The position numbers and the translations under genes were made by a program. Under the pieces are notes generated by a model. The model was not told the DNA's origin, did no database searches, and saw only the letters and a list, made by a program, of their open reading frames with translations. This document shows positions 26,171 through 39,379 of a stretch of 64,000 bases of DNA, piece after piece. Position 1 is the stretch's first letter; each line of letters starts with the position of its first letter. This stretch comes from Vicugna vicugna (Eukaryota), in assembly GCA_013265495.1 (NCBI GenBank), contig MU058793.1:188001-252000 (forward strand), read 5' to 3'.

Positions 26171-27019
26171 TGTACTGAGGAATAGGAAGAATGGAGGCCT
26201 TATTTCTCGTCACATTTGACTTAAGGTATAAAGCATAAGAATATAGAACAGGCCTGTTATCTTGGGGTGAATTGTTTGGATCTGAAAGAGAATAGTAAAC
26301 CTAACACTTTACAACTGTAGAGCTCATTATACCGTCACAGGGATTTCATATAATTTATACCATCTTATTCTCACAATCACCAAGTGAGATTCAAGAGTCA
26401 ATTTAAGCCTTTCTTCCAGAACATTCTAAGCCATCACAACTTCCAGTGACAAAGAGTGTCCAATTCTGATCTCAGATTGTTCTACTCTCATCTCATTTAG
26501 TTGATAAAGTCTTGTGTTTTTCTTGGTAGTATCTGTCCACAGTACATCTCCCCAGCTAGATCATATGCAACATGTGGGCATAACTGTGCCTCCCATCTGG
26601 ACGCAAAGCAGGTGATAAATCAGAATCTGTTAACAGGAAGGAGGAAAAACCAGTATACAATCTCCATTTTATAGATCAGAAAACAGAAGCCAACAGACAT
26701 AACATGGCCTCCCCAGTGACTCAAACGGACAGAACCACATCTAGAAGCTACATCTCCAGAGAGCCATCCTATATTCACTTCTCAAAATATTCTATCCCCA
26801 TAAATCCCATTTCCCCTAACCCACCCCTCAGGCATGCTTGGCACTGAGAATTATCAAGGAATAGGAATCAGGTGACCTACGTTGAAGATCTGGGTCTGCA
26901 ACGAGTAATTTGGGAAACGTATTTGTTCAATCAGTACATACTTATTCAGTGCCTACTGCATGTGACCATGTGCGCACACAAGCACACACACATTGTTTCA
27001 AGCATTGGAATCAAAAAAA

Positions 27020-27185
27020 TTCTAATTATTAAACACATTCTATGAATCTGGTGCTATTCTAAGCATTTTATAAACATGTTATTTATCTTCCTAACAAGTA
27101 GATTTTACAACCTAATTTAACATAATGAAAATAGAGTGACTAGCCCAAGGTCACACAGGTGGCAGCTAGCAGAGCCAAGACTGCC
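27020..27185 (-). mobile_element. MIR SINE
   Basis: gtgactagcccaaggtcacacaggtggcagctagcagagccaagact. Confidence 0.7.
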
Positions 27186-28128
27186 TCATTTCTTTAGTGA
27201 ACATTTGCTCTGTGCCAGGCACTGGCCTAGCCCTGGGGATACAGCAACGAATGAGCCAGGCTGTAATCCCCGCTCTCTTGGAGCTGATGTGTCAGGGAAG
27301 GAAACAGACAATAAACCAGTAAATTAATAGATTAACAAGATAATTACTATTGGTTCTACTTATTATACAAACGCATAAAGTCAGGCAGTCGGGAACACCT
27401 CTGTGTGATGACAGAGACCTAAGACCTGAATGACAAGGAGACAGTCATGCCAAGATTTGTCAGAAAAACTTTCCAGAGGGAGCTGCACATGTAAAGGCCC
27501 TAAAGAGAGGACAAAGTTGGCATATTGAGGAGATAGAAGGAAGAAAAATACATCTGGAGAGGAGTGAATGAGGAGATGAGGTCATAGCAATGGGCTGTGA
27601 CCGGCTCGTGAAGAACATGCCAACATGGTAAGAAATGCAAGAAATTCAGATTTTGTTCCAAGTGTGATAGGAAATCATTGTCAGCTTTAGCTTTATATAT
27701 ATTGATTTTTAAGAAACTTCCTCTGTCCTACTTTCCCTTTTCAATAAACAGGTTATCCAAATCTAGTGGCAGTATTCAAAAAACAACATAGAAGAAACAA
27801 ATTTCTAAGAGACCAAGATGCTACATGCTGCAGTTAGGCAAATTTAGAATGAAGAGTGAGGAATTTATTTAAAGGAATATATGTCTTCCCTTTTGCAGTT
27901 TTTAACCTACAATACTGATGTGGCTAATTACTTCTGTGAACATAAGTCTAGCATTACAGTTAAAATCATAAACACAATTAAAATTTCTTGTATTTTTAGT
28001 AAGTTAATATTTAGTTTTCCTTTGTAGATAGGTCAAGAACCAGATTAGAGGGTTTTAAGCAGTGGGGTAATGCAATCTGAGTGCCATTTATAGAGGTCCC
28101 TGGGTGCTTATGGTCAATGGACTGAAGG
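27186..28128 (-). mobile_element. L2 (L2a-like) interrupted by a ~360 bp non-L2 insert (27681-28043)
   Basis: tctgtgccaggcactgg…ctggggatacagca…agacctgaatgacaaggag…gtaaaggccctaa…gtgtgataggaaatcattg, then insert, then ttagagggttttaagcagtgggg. Confidence 0.8.
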
Positions 28129-29839
28129 GCCATTGGTGGTTGCAGTACTATTGTCCCTGACTCCTGGGCTCTCTCTCAGAATCCAGACACTCATCCTAAC
28201 CTCAGAGAGACCTCAGATCAATAGGGACAAAACCTGATACGACTATCTACACAGTGGTATATGACAGTGGTAGAAGCGAGAGGATACCTTATCACATCTG
28301 TTTTTCTATCTCTTAAGTCAATGAATTAGACTTAGTGCCTTCCTGGTCTCAAGTGTCTATGTTTTAATCTTGACAGCTGTGGGCATCTGGGCCCAAACTG
28401 AGCACTGTAGCCAGCCCCACCACCTTGATATGTGTTTCACTTTTCTGTCCTACACTCCTATCCTGTGGTCACCTCCACCCTCACAGGTACATGATACAAT
28501 GGCCTGCCCTCTTTTCCCTCTCTCCTTATGCTCATGTGTGTTTGGAGAAGCATTTAGTCCTTCCTCCCTCTAGTCACAGGTAGCCATACACCCTTGACAG
28601 AGCCCCACTTGGGAGGCTGAATAGACAAGACCCAGCCAGCTGAGCCTTCCAATCCTTCCCAAAGAGAGGAGGCCATGAGACCAACTGGTGGCCTTGACTC
28701 TGAGCAAGACTCTCTTATCACTCTGTAAGCAGAACTTTTCATAGGCATCAATCAGGTACAAAGTTACAACAAGTCAATGGGGTAAACCCCACAGAGCCCA
28801 CCTCCCTGCTTTGCCACACAAAGTCAACAGTTTCCCAAGCTTAGAGGGACCAGGGCAAAGGGAGATTAAAACAAAACCAAAACAATAAAACAAACAAGAA
28901 AAAAAGAAAAACCCTTCCTGTACAGACTCTCAAGAACCCTAGCAGAAGCCCTGGAATTTTCATATCAAAGAATTTTACCCTCTTAGTGCCACAGAAACTA
29001 AGTCATAGAGACAAGACTGCTGATAATTGTGTACTGGATTTTAAAAGGGACTAAAAAAATCCAGATAATTCCCTTCAACTTGGCCCAGTGAGAGGTATCC
29101 AGCTACACCAATGACCCCACTGCTGCTTGCCCTAGGTTACCTGAGTATCTCTGCTGCCAGGTACGGAAGGATAAGCTGAGGTTAAATCACTCAGGAGGGT
29201 ACACCCTTCTCAAATGGAGGGGACCAGGGACCATGGGAAGGACCTGGGATTGGAATCACACAGAATGGATCCAGTTCTCCCTGATGCTATTTATTGGCCA
29301 CATGACCCGGGACCTTCATCTTTAGTGGGGATCTTGGATGGTGGATGGACTGGGATAAGCAGAAGGGAGAAAAAGAGAGGTTCATACATACATATGTATA
29401 CATACATACATACATAATTGTATGTAGTGATATGATATATATGGAGGTCTGAGCACGTAATAAGTACTCAAAAAATATTAGTCTCTGTCTTGTCTTACAG
29501 ACAAACCCACACAGGTATCTCATCTTCTGACAAGTTCTTCTTCGTATGATTTAACATGGTATGTCCTGAAGAACTTGCCCAGATAAAACAGAAAATCTTT
29601 TCTCTCTTTAATTATACCTGTATAAGAGAAAACAGAGTTAGAGAATCTTGCTTCAGAAGGGTCATGGAAATTATCTGGTTTGTATCACAGATTAGAAAAT
29701 GGAGGCTCCGAAAAGAAGTAACTTGCTTGATGTCACACAGAAAGTTGGTAGGACAAGGACCAAAGGATAAAAGTCAGTTCATCCAACATAACAAAAGATG
29801 TCCTAAGAAGAGGTGAAATAATTATGAACAGCAACAGTA

Positions 29840-30050
29840 CCACAATGATAATATCTACAGTTTGTGTATCACCTCCTACATTCTCAATGTGCATTACCTC
29901 ATTAAATCTTCACAATAGATTCACGAGATACTTTCTAATACTGTTCCCTGTGTAATAGATTTCCCATGCTTTTACAGTGGTGGAGCCAGAATTTGAACCT
30001 AAGATGCCCTGACTCCAAAGCCTTGCTCTCACCCACCACACTCAGCAGCC
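29840..30050 (-). mobile_element. MIR SINE
   Basis: cattacctcattaaatcttcacaat…gtggtggagccagaatttgaacctaagatgccctgactccaaagccttgctct. Confidence 0.75.
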
Positions 30051-30372
30051 TCCTGTGCTTATGTGTAGAGCACCAGCTATTTCTCTAATATGGAATGGCC
30101 TCTAGAGAAGGTACAGTTATGACACAATCCTTATCTTAAGACACCTAACATTTTATTGAGGAGAAAACAAAATACACACCTTCAGTAATGATTCATAGCA
30201 GTCAAAGACAACACGCTCAAAGCAATGAGATGCTGTTATTTAGATGTGAGAGAAGGAAGAAGAATGTGGGTCCAAGATGCGAAGGAGGTCTTTTCAGACA
30301 AAGTGCTACTTAAGTGCGCATGGAAAACAGGTCTGCTCTGGGAACCCATGCTCGTGTGCCCTATTTAGGTGG

Positions 30373-30930
30373 TATGGTGGTTTTAAAATACATCCACAGA
30401 TTCTTTGATGTGCCTCTCTTCGGCAGGTAGAATTTAGTGCTCCCCTTCCACAGAAGTAGAACTCAGTGACTCACTTGTAACAAATAGGATATGGCAGAAG
30501 TGACAGCGAGTGACTTCTCAGACTAGGTCATAAAGGGCATGGCAGTGTCCTTCCTCTCTCTTGGATCAACTGCTTTTGGGGAAACCAGCTGCACTGTTGT
30601 AGGTATATATTCTCAAGCAGCTCTATGGAGAGACTCACATGGCAATGACTGGAAGCCTCCTGCCCGTTGAAGAACTGAAACTTCTCCAACAGCTATCCTT
30701 TCAGAAGAAGATCCTTCCCCCCACCCCCAGCTTGACATCAAGTCTTCAGTCGACTGCAGCCCTGGGTGACATCTTGATCATAACTTTACGAGAGACCCCA
30801 AGCCAGAAACATCCATCTAAGCTGCTCCCAGATTCCAGACCCACAGAAATTGTGAGATAATAAACATTTATTTGCTTTAAGCTGCTAAATTTGGAGGTAG
30901 CTGGTTACAGAGCAGTAAATAAGTAATCTA
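30373..30930 (+). mobile_element. MaLR solo LTR (MLT1F-like) with 5-bp TSD
   Basis: ggttttaaaatacatccacagattctttga…tggcagaagtgac…cacagaaattgtgagataataaa…tttaagctgctaaatttgg. TSD is ggtgg/ggtgc. Confidence 0.9.
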
Positions 30931-33678
30931 GGTGCTAATGCTTCACACAAATTGAAAGGATGTGAAAATAAAGGGGATGAGGATAATAAAGGAAATGGCA
31001 GACTCTACATCTTCAAACTCCAGTTCTAATGCTCTGAGACCTAGAAGATGCAGGTTAAGCTGGAGTTAAGTGCAGAAAAGACATTTATCCAAGTTAATAG
31101 CTGGGAGCCAATTTCCTGAAAGCTCAGTTAGTAAATTTACCAAGCAAGTATCCAGGGTCACTATGTGCCATCAAGAATGGTGAATACTAATTAATCTTTC
31201 TCCTGAAGGGAGTCAGCTGGCCCCAAAATAGAAATATTCCTCTCCAGTGTACCCAAGGGCAGTGGAAAAAACCCAGGCTTCTCATGTGCAATCTTTTGTA
31301 ATTACAACTTCAGGTAGCGATCATTAAGCACACACCCCACCCCTCAATTTACAGATAAGCATCTACCTGTACACGCGCATACCAGCCAGCAGAACAGGAT
31401 TCATTTCCAGTTCTGTGTCCTTCATCTGGGTCACCCATCACAGAAACCTCCACCACACCATGATCTTAAAGAAATGATTACCATTTGTGGTTCTAAATAG
31501 GCCCACATTATTTTCTACAAGTGTCAATTTTCCCCTGCAATATTACATTTTCCAACATTTAGTTTTCCAGCCTTTTTCCATGACTATCTGTGTAGATTAG
31601 AAAGGTTCTTAACTGTTATCTGTAATAGATTTTGCCTGTAGCAAAATTCATGCAGGCATAATAGAAGAACAAAGTGTACTCTGATGAAATTGCAACCATA
31701 ATTTCCAGATGCCTGACATTTATTGCTTATTGCTATTAGAATTCAAGTGCCTATTTGTTTTGTACTTTGCTTTTATTCTTGCATCACAACATATAATGGA
31801 AAAAAGATATTTTAAATGTTGGGTTAAGTATCACAGATCAACACAAGGTACCAACATAATCAATACTACTTAAACATACTCCTAGGCAATTAATTTTTAA
31901 AGAATCAAATTGTTGTACCACATCAAAATTTATAATGATACCATACCAGAAAGGGCGGTGCATTCTTTATTGTTTAATTAAAAGCAACATTTAGCACTCA
32001 TGCAGCTAACTGTTAAGACATCACAACATTAATAGCTTTGCTTATCATTATGAGGGAGGTGCAACTGACTTTTTATATTTTTTATTATTAAATGTTAATT
32101 GTACTTTATTAGCTAGTATGCATGTATCAAATTACTGGAAACAATCATAAGGAGGGCTGTAAGAAGCACAGACTAATCTAGCCATCCTACAGTGACTGGT
32201 GCATCGCTAATACTTGATATCCAGAAAACTGTCAGCATTTTAAAGAAGAAAACAAGTGGGGTTTACTGCTATCGAGTTGATGAAGTTGAGTCCAGGAAAT
32301 GGCAGAAAGCAAAATATGCAGAGCTTCAAGGAAAGAAACAAGAAGATGCATCCATAAAACAGAGAAGAGACCTAAGTAATAAAAACAAACAGAAAATTAT
32401 GCTGATAGGTCCAAGCTGAAAGGAAGGAAACAGAAAGAAGGGAGGAGGGTGGGAGGGGAGAAGGAGAAGCACCTACCAACCTTCTGGGTTCAGACACAGA
32501 GGACTAAAGAGTCAAGATAGGTGGGTAATGCTGTTAAAAATCAGATCAAGTATTTGCCCAATACTGAGACACTGCCCAAATGCTAAGACTGTGTTTAGGC
32601 TCTTCAGACAAAAATTGGCAGGTGGAATGAGAGTATCTTGCCCAGACTATCAAGTTCATGGGCAACCTGGACTGAATTAAAGAACGTTAGTGGGGCTTGG
32701 AAAGGATATAGAGATGAACTAGGCTCCACCATGGAAACTTTTAATTAATTTTCCTCTGCAAGCTCCACATTTGAAAAATCTTGTCTAACAAACTGCATTT
32801 ACTCTGTAATAAGCAATGCGGTGCTAGTGAAGGCAAGTATACAACTTCTACTGGGCTTTTTGCGACACTGAAAGTAGCTTCTGGACCCCATTGCTACTGT
32901 TCAGACCCCGTTTATTCTATGGTTGAGAAAATGATGCTGATGATGATTGAGGTTGACTCCAAAGATGGTGAATACACCCAGGAGGCAATGAGCATTGGCC
33001 TGGTATATAACGGCAGCTCCACAAGCCTGTACTTTCTATGAGGAAAGGACCATGGCCTCATAAGCTTCCAAGAACTCTACCTCCAGCAAAAGACCTTGCA
33101 GATTTGCACATCCTCCCTGGGGTAAGCTGCGTGACTATGTAAGTACCTGTCAGAACCTGCAAGGCCTCAGTTCTGAAATTGGGTGTCCAAGCAACTGTTC
33201 TCAGAAGTCCATATGGCCCTGGGAGATTCCAAAGAGACAAGGCACAGGCACACCCCTCAAGGAACCTGCCAAGAGCAGTCCTGTGTAACAGGACAGAAAA
33301 TATACACAGAATTCTACAGTTAGGTAGAGAAACTGACTACTCCAATTTCTGTAGCAGATCACATCTTCTTGATAAGATTTTAACCCTAGTCAAAAAAACG
33401 AGGGAAAGGATTTAACTATACCATCTACTGGTATTTCAGTCTCTTCTGAGTCAAATGGTCTCTTTTGGGCAACTGAGTCTCTTTTTGGTAAATAAGTCTT
33501 GAGAATGTCTTGGTGTACCCTGCGTGCATGTGTGCTTATATAAATTTACATCCCACCATTTAGATAATCATTAAAAACACCTTATCACTAAGTTCAAAAT
33601 ACCATGAAATTCAGTTCACTGGTGAGGACTTGGATCCAATAAGAACAATCTGTAAGTGTGAGTGTGACTGTGTGAGTG

Positions 33679-33681
<3 letters not shown>

Positions 33682-33713
<32 letters not shown>
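33682..33713. repeat. (GT)16 microsatellite
   Basis: Read directly. Confidence 0.97.
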
Positions 33714-33717
<4 letters not shown>

Positions 33718-34629
33718 AGGAGGTGGGAGTCCTCAGTTCAATCAAGAAAAATTTCCTGGATTTAGAATGAGTTTGAATACAGACTAAGGATTATGGGCTC
33801 AACCTCACAGGGAACCTCTGTTGATACAGAATCAGAGCCACTAGGATAAAACAGCATTTTAGGGAAATGATACTAGCAGGTTTTGCAGGATGGATTAGTA
33901 GGAAACAGTAAGAGTTTCTGCTCTTTAATCCAGGCATTGTTTCATACAGGGCCGGGGCAGTGGGAAGGAAACATGGGTACAGTGAACACTGATGAGGAAG
34001 TCACAGGGTAGGAAGGAACACGGACAGAGAGGAGAGAGACAGGGAGGAGAGCAAGGTTGGCATTAGAGATGAATACCTTGGTTGGTGTGTTTTTTTGAAA
34101 TACTACTTTTCAACAGTCAACAAGAAATTCATGAAAAGACCTGTTGCTGTTGTTTTTTATTCTAGATATCTGAGTATTTGTGACACAGACTGCAATTAAA
34201 ACAATGAGAAAGGCCCTAATGCTAAATCACTCTATTTGATACTTCCCTAAAGCTTACAACGTACCGAGGGCAGAGAAACAAAGGATGGCAGAGAAAAATC
34301 TGTTCACCAATCCTAACTTCCTTTTCCAAATCACTAAATGGTTTGACACAATAGGAGAGTAACTTTTTAAAAATGTTTTAGATATACCAAAAACATACAG
34401 AATAATATAATCAATTATTGTACACTCACCAGAGAATCACTTTTGAAACACATGCTTTGAAGAACAATTAACTCAAGGGGAATGCTGTGCCAGACCACTT
34501 AACATCAAATGTGGTGTTCTTCCTCATTAACCCCTCAAAAATAACCGTAAAGCATTTACTGTGATTGTTTCACTCCGCATTTTTTTCAAATTGCACAGTG
34601 GTTCAGCAAACCCCACAACTGTCATAATT

Positions 34630-35400
34630 TTTTTAACCAAATTTTTGAAAGAGAAATAACATATAAATGTGGTTTAAAAATCAATAAAGTAGATAACGGT
34701 ATAAAATTAAAATGCACAAGTCTCTCTCTTCCCCCCTCAACCCTTTTGCATATCATAGATAGTTATTGTTAGCAGTTGCTCATTTATCTTTCCAGATGAA
34801 AAGGACATTAAACCACATTTATAATTTTATTTAAAAATTTTCAGAAAGGCAATCCTTGAGACTGTTCTATAGTTTGCTAATTTTGCTCGATTTTGCATCA
34901 TGGGAATATTTCCATGTTCATGCATACCACTCACACATACTTTTAACAGCTGAATGGCAGTGCCATATTTATACAGCCAGTCCCCTGCTGATGAACATGT
35001 AGGCTGTTACCAATGTTTTGGTATTACACTCAATGCTCAAATGAATGACCTTGTATATATGTCTTGGTATAGGTTTACAATAATTCCATAAATCAATTTC
35101 CTAGATATGGAATTTCTGGGTCTAAGGAAATATTCATATTGATTGATTGATTGATTGATTGATTGCAGAGGGGTAGATAATTAGGTTTATTTATTTCTTT
35201 GGTTTTTCAGTGGAGATCCTGTCCTGGGGATTGAACCCAGGACCTCGTGCATGCTAAGCATGTGCCCTACCTCTAAGCTCTATCCTCCCCCCCACTTTTA
35301 ATTTTAGTAAATACTGCCAGATTACTTTTAAAAATGGTCTTACTAATTCACATTTTCACCAAAAGTTGTAAGAGTACCTATTCCCTTACACTCCTGTTAA
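34630..35400 (-). mobile_element. Old L1ME-like 3' region, interrupted by a Vic-1 SINE
   Basis: ccagtcccctgctgatgaacatgtaggctgtt…caatttcctagatatggaatttctgggtctaagg…atactgccagattac. Confidence 0.7.
35138..35293 (-). mobile_element. Camelid tRNA-Ala-derived SINE (Vic-1 type) with (ATTG)7 tail
   Basis: Minus strand reads GGGGGGAGGATAGAGCTTAGAGGTAGGGCACATGCTTAGCATGCACGAGGTCCTGGGTTCAATCCCCAG…AAATAAATAAACCTAATTATCTACCCC, with A/B boxes and a tRNA-Ala AGC anticodon arm. Confidence 0.88.
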
Positions 35401-35473
35401 GCGGACTCAGATATAAATCTGACTTATTAGTGAGTTATTAATAACTACATGCCATTGCCAATTTGTTTCCGAC

Positions 35474-35558
35474 TTTTTTTTTAATGGAAGCACTGGGGAT
35501 TGAATCCAGGGCTGCATGCCTGCTAAGCATGCACTGTACCACTGAGCAATACCCACCC
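35474..35558 (-). mobile_element. Second Vic-1-type SINE (short form)
   Basis: Minus strand reads GGGTGGGTATTGCTCAGTGGTACAGTGCATGCTTAGCAGGCATGCAGCCCTGGATTCAATCCCCAGTGCTTCCATTAAAAAAAAA. tgtttc is present on both flanks. Confidence 0.87.
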
Positions 35559-36207
35559 TGTTTCTTTAATTATAGAGTACAATTATATATCTTTTTGTAG
35601 GGAGATTAGCTCTTTGTAATTCTTTTTGAATAAACTTGTGAAAACTCAAGAACATGCTATTGCAAAGCATTTTTGTCAAATGCCTTTCCTAGTTTTACAT
35701 GAGAATCATTACCTAAGAGGTTTCCCACAGCTTGTAAAATTCCAAAAGAGTCAGGTCCCTGGTTCAGTGAGCCCCATTAAGAATGCACATTTCCAACAAA
35801 CACAACCAGTTCTGAGGCTGCCTTATAAAAACAACAAAACAGAACCAATGACATTTACATCACACTCAACTTATGAAGCACTATAGTAGGTGGAATCACC
35901 TAAAAAGATAGATAATTAGTGTCCTGAAGGAAAGGTCTGATCAAAGGGAGATGACTGATGGGATAGGAGTAAGATTAATATTAGGATGGTGTCTACAGCA
36001 TAACTGAAAGAGAAAAGTGAATATAAACAATATATTTTACCTGAGGTTCTAGGTACTGCCAATTTTTTGAAATAGTTAATTTTATATTCACAAGGAAAGA
36101 AGGAAATGACTGAATGGTGGCACCAAGATGACAGCAACAGCAGGTGTAAGGAAACAGAAGTGATGAATTCAGATAATCTCATCTGTAGTTAATGAAACTC
36201 AATCCAC

Positions 36208-36370
36208 TAATGTCTTTAATCCAGATAGTACATCACAATCATCTGGAGAGCTTTTTGAACCATTCAGTGCCTGGGTCCTGCCCCAGACGCACTGAGTCTA
36301 GACTCAAACACTGGTAAATTTTTTTAAGTTTCCTCAGGAAGTTCTAATATGCAGCTAAATTTGAGAACCT
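36208..36370. mobile_element. MER5-family DNA transposon
   Basis: catcacaatcatctggagagcttttt…gtgcctgggtcctgccccaga…ttctaatatgcagctaaatttgagaacc. Confidence 0.75.
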
Positions 36371-36639
36371 TTTCATTAAGAGCACCCCCTTGGGTTTAGC
36401 CATATTTTCAAGGCCTTCCTAAGATCTTTATCCAATCTAGGGAACTTTCCTTAAAAGTTCATGGCTAAGACTTGTTATGACAATCTGAAAATCAATATTT
36501 GGCACAATGTCTATTAGAAACTCATGTATGCAGAAAAGTTAGCCACATCAGACATAATGAAATAAAATGAATGTAAAGTTCCTGTGGGTCCTTGAAGGGA
36601 TTAATGGTAAAACAAAACAAAACAAACAAAAAAAAAACA

Positions 36640-37440
36640 CTGCCTTACTCTACTGATGGAAGTATAAGCTGTAGATTATTTTAGCAATTTAAATCAAATC
36701 TTAAAAATGTGCATATCTGTTGACCCATAAATCTCATTCCTAGAAACCAGGGATATGTAAAAAGATGTAAGGCATGGACTAGGATGTTAACCGTTGTGTT
36801 GTTTGAATTGCAAAACTGGGAACAATTCATCTAATGAACATTAATAAGTTTAAGTTCAGCTACACAGTGGAGTATTATACACTCATTTAAAACAATATGC
36901 TTAAAGTATAATATGACATTCAGATTAGTCATTCATTGACATAAAATGAATGACACGAAAAATGTTCAAACATATTTTAAGTGAAAAAGCAAGCTGTAAA
37001 ATTCCACATGTAGCATGGTCTAATTTCTTTACAAATGACATGATAGTAGTACATTTATCAAGGGCTTTCTTCATTCCAGGTGTGGCTCTAAACACTTTAT
37101 AAATATTAATTCACTCATCCTTATAACCCCAGTGATGTTATTATTTTTACTTCATTTTAAAGAGGAAACTGCTGGGACACAGAGAGGTTACTAATGTGCC
37201 TGAGGTCACACAGTTAATAAGTGGCAAAGCTTGGCTTTCAAATTCACATACTCTGTCCCATAGTCCATGCTTAACAGCATACTGCTGATGTGTGTTTATA
37301 TGCATAATGTATCTGGAAGGAAAAAAGGGAAGTTTTATCTTCTACTCTTTGCTAATAAATACCTATTTTTTCATAATGAACATATGTGACACATAGCTTT
37401 TTAAAGTCAGTATATTTTTACATAATGGAAAAATCCATTA
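36640..37440 (+). mobile_element. Old L1ME-like 3' end interrupted by a minus-strand MIR (about 37045-37275)
   Basis: aatgtgcatatctgttgaccca…tacacagtggagtattatacactcattt…aagtgaaaaagcaagctg. MIR part: gaggaaactg…cacagagaggtta…gcctgaggtcacacag. Confidence 0.65.
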
Positions 37441-39379
37441 ACAATACCAAATAAAAATCAGAGAGGGGGAAAAGAAGACTTACAAGGGAAAGGGATGCAA
37501 TCAATAGAGTGTAGCTGGACACCTGCTTGGTAAGGAAGGCTGGCGAGGAGAGTCAGAGTCTCGAAAACTCTGCCCAGGTCCTAGCTTGATAGGTACCTGC
37601 CCCACCTGTCCTGCTACACAACAGAAGATGCCAGTTTGCAAAATGAGGAAGGTGGCAACAGCCAGAAGGTGAACTTGTGAATTCTGCAGGGCAAGAGTTC
37701 TTTCAGGGTAGGAGAGAAATGGTGAGGAGAGCTGAAGAGGGAGAAGGAGCCAGCGAAGGAACAGTGAAAACGAATGACTGTAAAGAGAATGGGTAAGTGG
37801 GAGGGTTAGTTAGCAGGAGAGGTAAGAAAGGAGAAACAAGACACCACTTATATAGGACCTTAAGGATGGAGGTCTACGAGAGAACTGCCCCCTTTATGCT
37901 TCCCCGCTATCCTCTGTGAGATTTGATGAGCTAGGCAAAGGCCAAATGTTAAAAGTTTGGGGCAGTCAACTTACTGATGAAAAGAATGGAGCTTAGTAGG
38001 GACAAGTGGAATGACTTCCGAGCAGTGATTTGGAACTCGGCAGAAGCTAGATACCAGAGACCTGTGATGGTGCTGTGCAGCCCAGTTACTCTCCGTCAAG
38101 TGACAATGGCAGAATTCAAACACAGTGCTCAGGCCTCTGGCACAATACTCTTCCTACTGGCCCAGTGGCCCAGCCTTCTGGCTCCCTGTGGTCATCAGTG
38201 TCTGCCAGCCAACGATGTGAGTTTGGAATTCTCCCACTTAGACCAATGCTTCACTGGGCAGAATTGCTTTGGAAAGTAGGACATTCATTCTGAGTGAGGA
38301 AAAAAAATTCTGCAATATATTTAAAGAAATGCAGCTGGCTGTGTTACTTTTAGGAACATACAGTCATTCAAACTATGATAACAAGTTCAAGCTATTGCCT
38401 AATAAAAATACTTTTGGGATAAGTGACTGATTTATAACTGATATGTAAATTTGTGCTTCTAAAGTACTTGAAGGTGTTAGAAAACAGAAATTAAAACAGA
38501 TTCTATTCAGTGTTCTAAGTACATCACTCCATTTTATACCCACTTTCAGCTTCTATTTTAAGAAGGACTCTTCCCTTCTTCATAGATTCCCCATCCTTAT
38601 TACTCACAAGATAAGGTTAAATAAATAAAGTTTCACTCTACATTTTGCTTCACTTAGCAGATGCACTCAATATTTTCACACATTCTCGTTTAGAATTACA
38701 GCAAAAGATCACATTCAAGCCAAGAAATAATTGTCTTTCACAATCGTTCTACAACCAGAACTCTCAAATTAATGAGTTTAATAGCAGATTTTTCCTCCTT
38801 TGGACATTAACCTCTTTCTGTCTTTAGATATAACATATGATACCTGGGAAGCATATGGAAATTATGCACAGACATGCACTCAGAGTGTAAAAACCTCACT
38901 GTAGAAATAGCTGTCACTACAATAAGTACTCATATAACTTTTTTGCCTCCTTATTATTGCAGTACATAATTCACTCCTCTGCAAGTTCAAATTGCATATT
39001 ACAGCACATTAATGTTGGTCTTCCTTTATAGCAACCTATCATATGGTTAGCATTCTCATTTATAACCTAAATTACTTTTATTTCTCCAGCCATTTCACCT
39101 AACTACTTCGAATCAACTGGGAAAATGCTCATGTATCCCAAGTTGCAGAAATATGCAGTAGTAAGAGTTGGCTGGAATACAACATTACCCATATTGGTAG
39201 GTACACCCATCTCTGAGGTCAGTGGCCCTTCTGAATCCACAAAGACAAAAAGGATGTGCTGGGGCTTCCTGACTCCATTTAGGAACAGCCTTAGCAGTGG
39301 GTAGAACTGAGGATCAGCCATGCCTTTAATAAAACTATAGACAAACATACTTTTTTTAAAATAGAGGAGTAAAAAGAGA

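Noticed and set aside
35220..35558. tRNA-Ala gene-like sequences
   Set aside because: Diverged stems and SINE-type tails show these are SINE heads, not tRNA genes.
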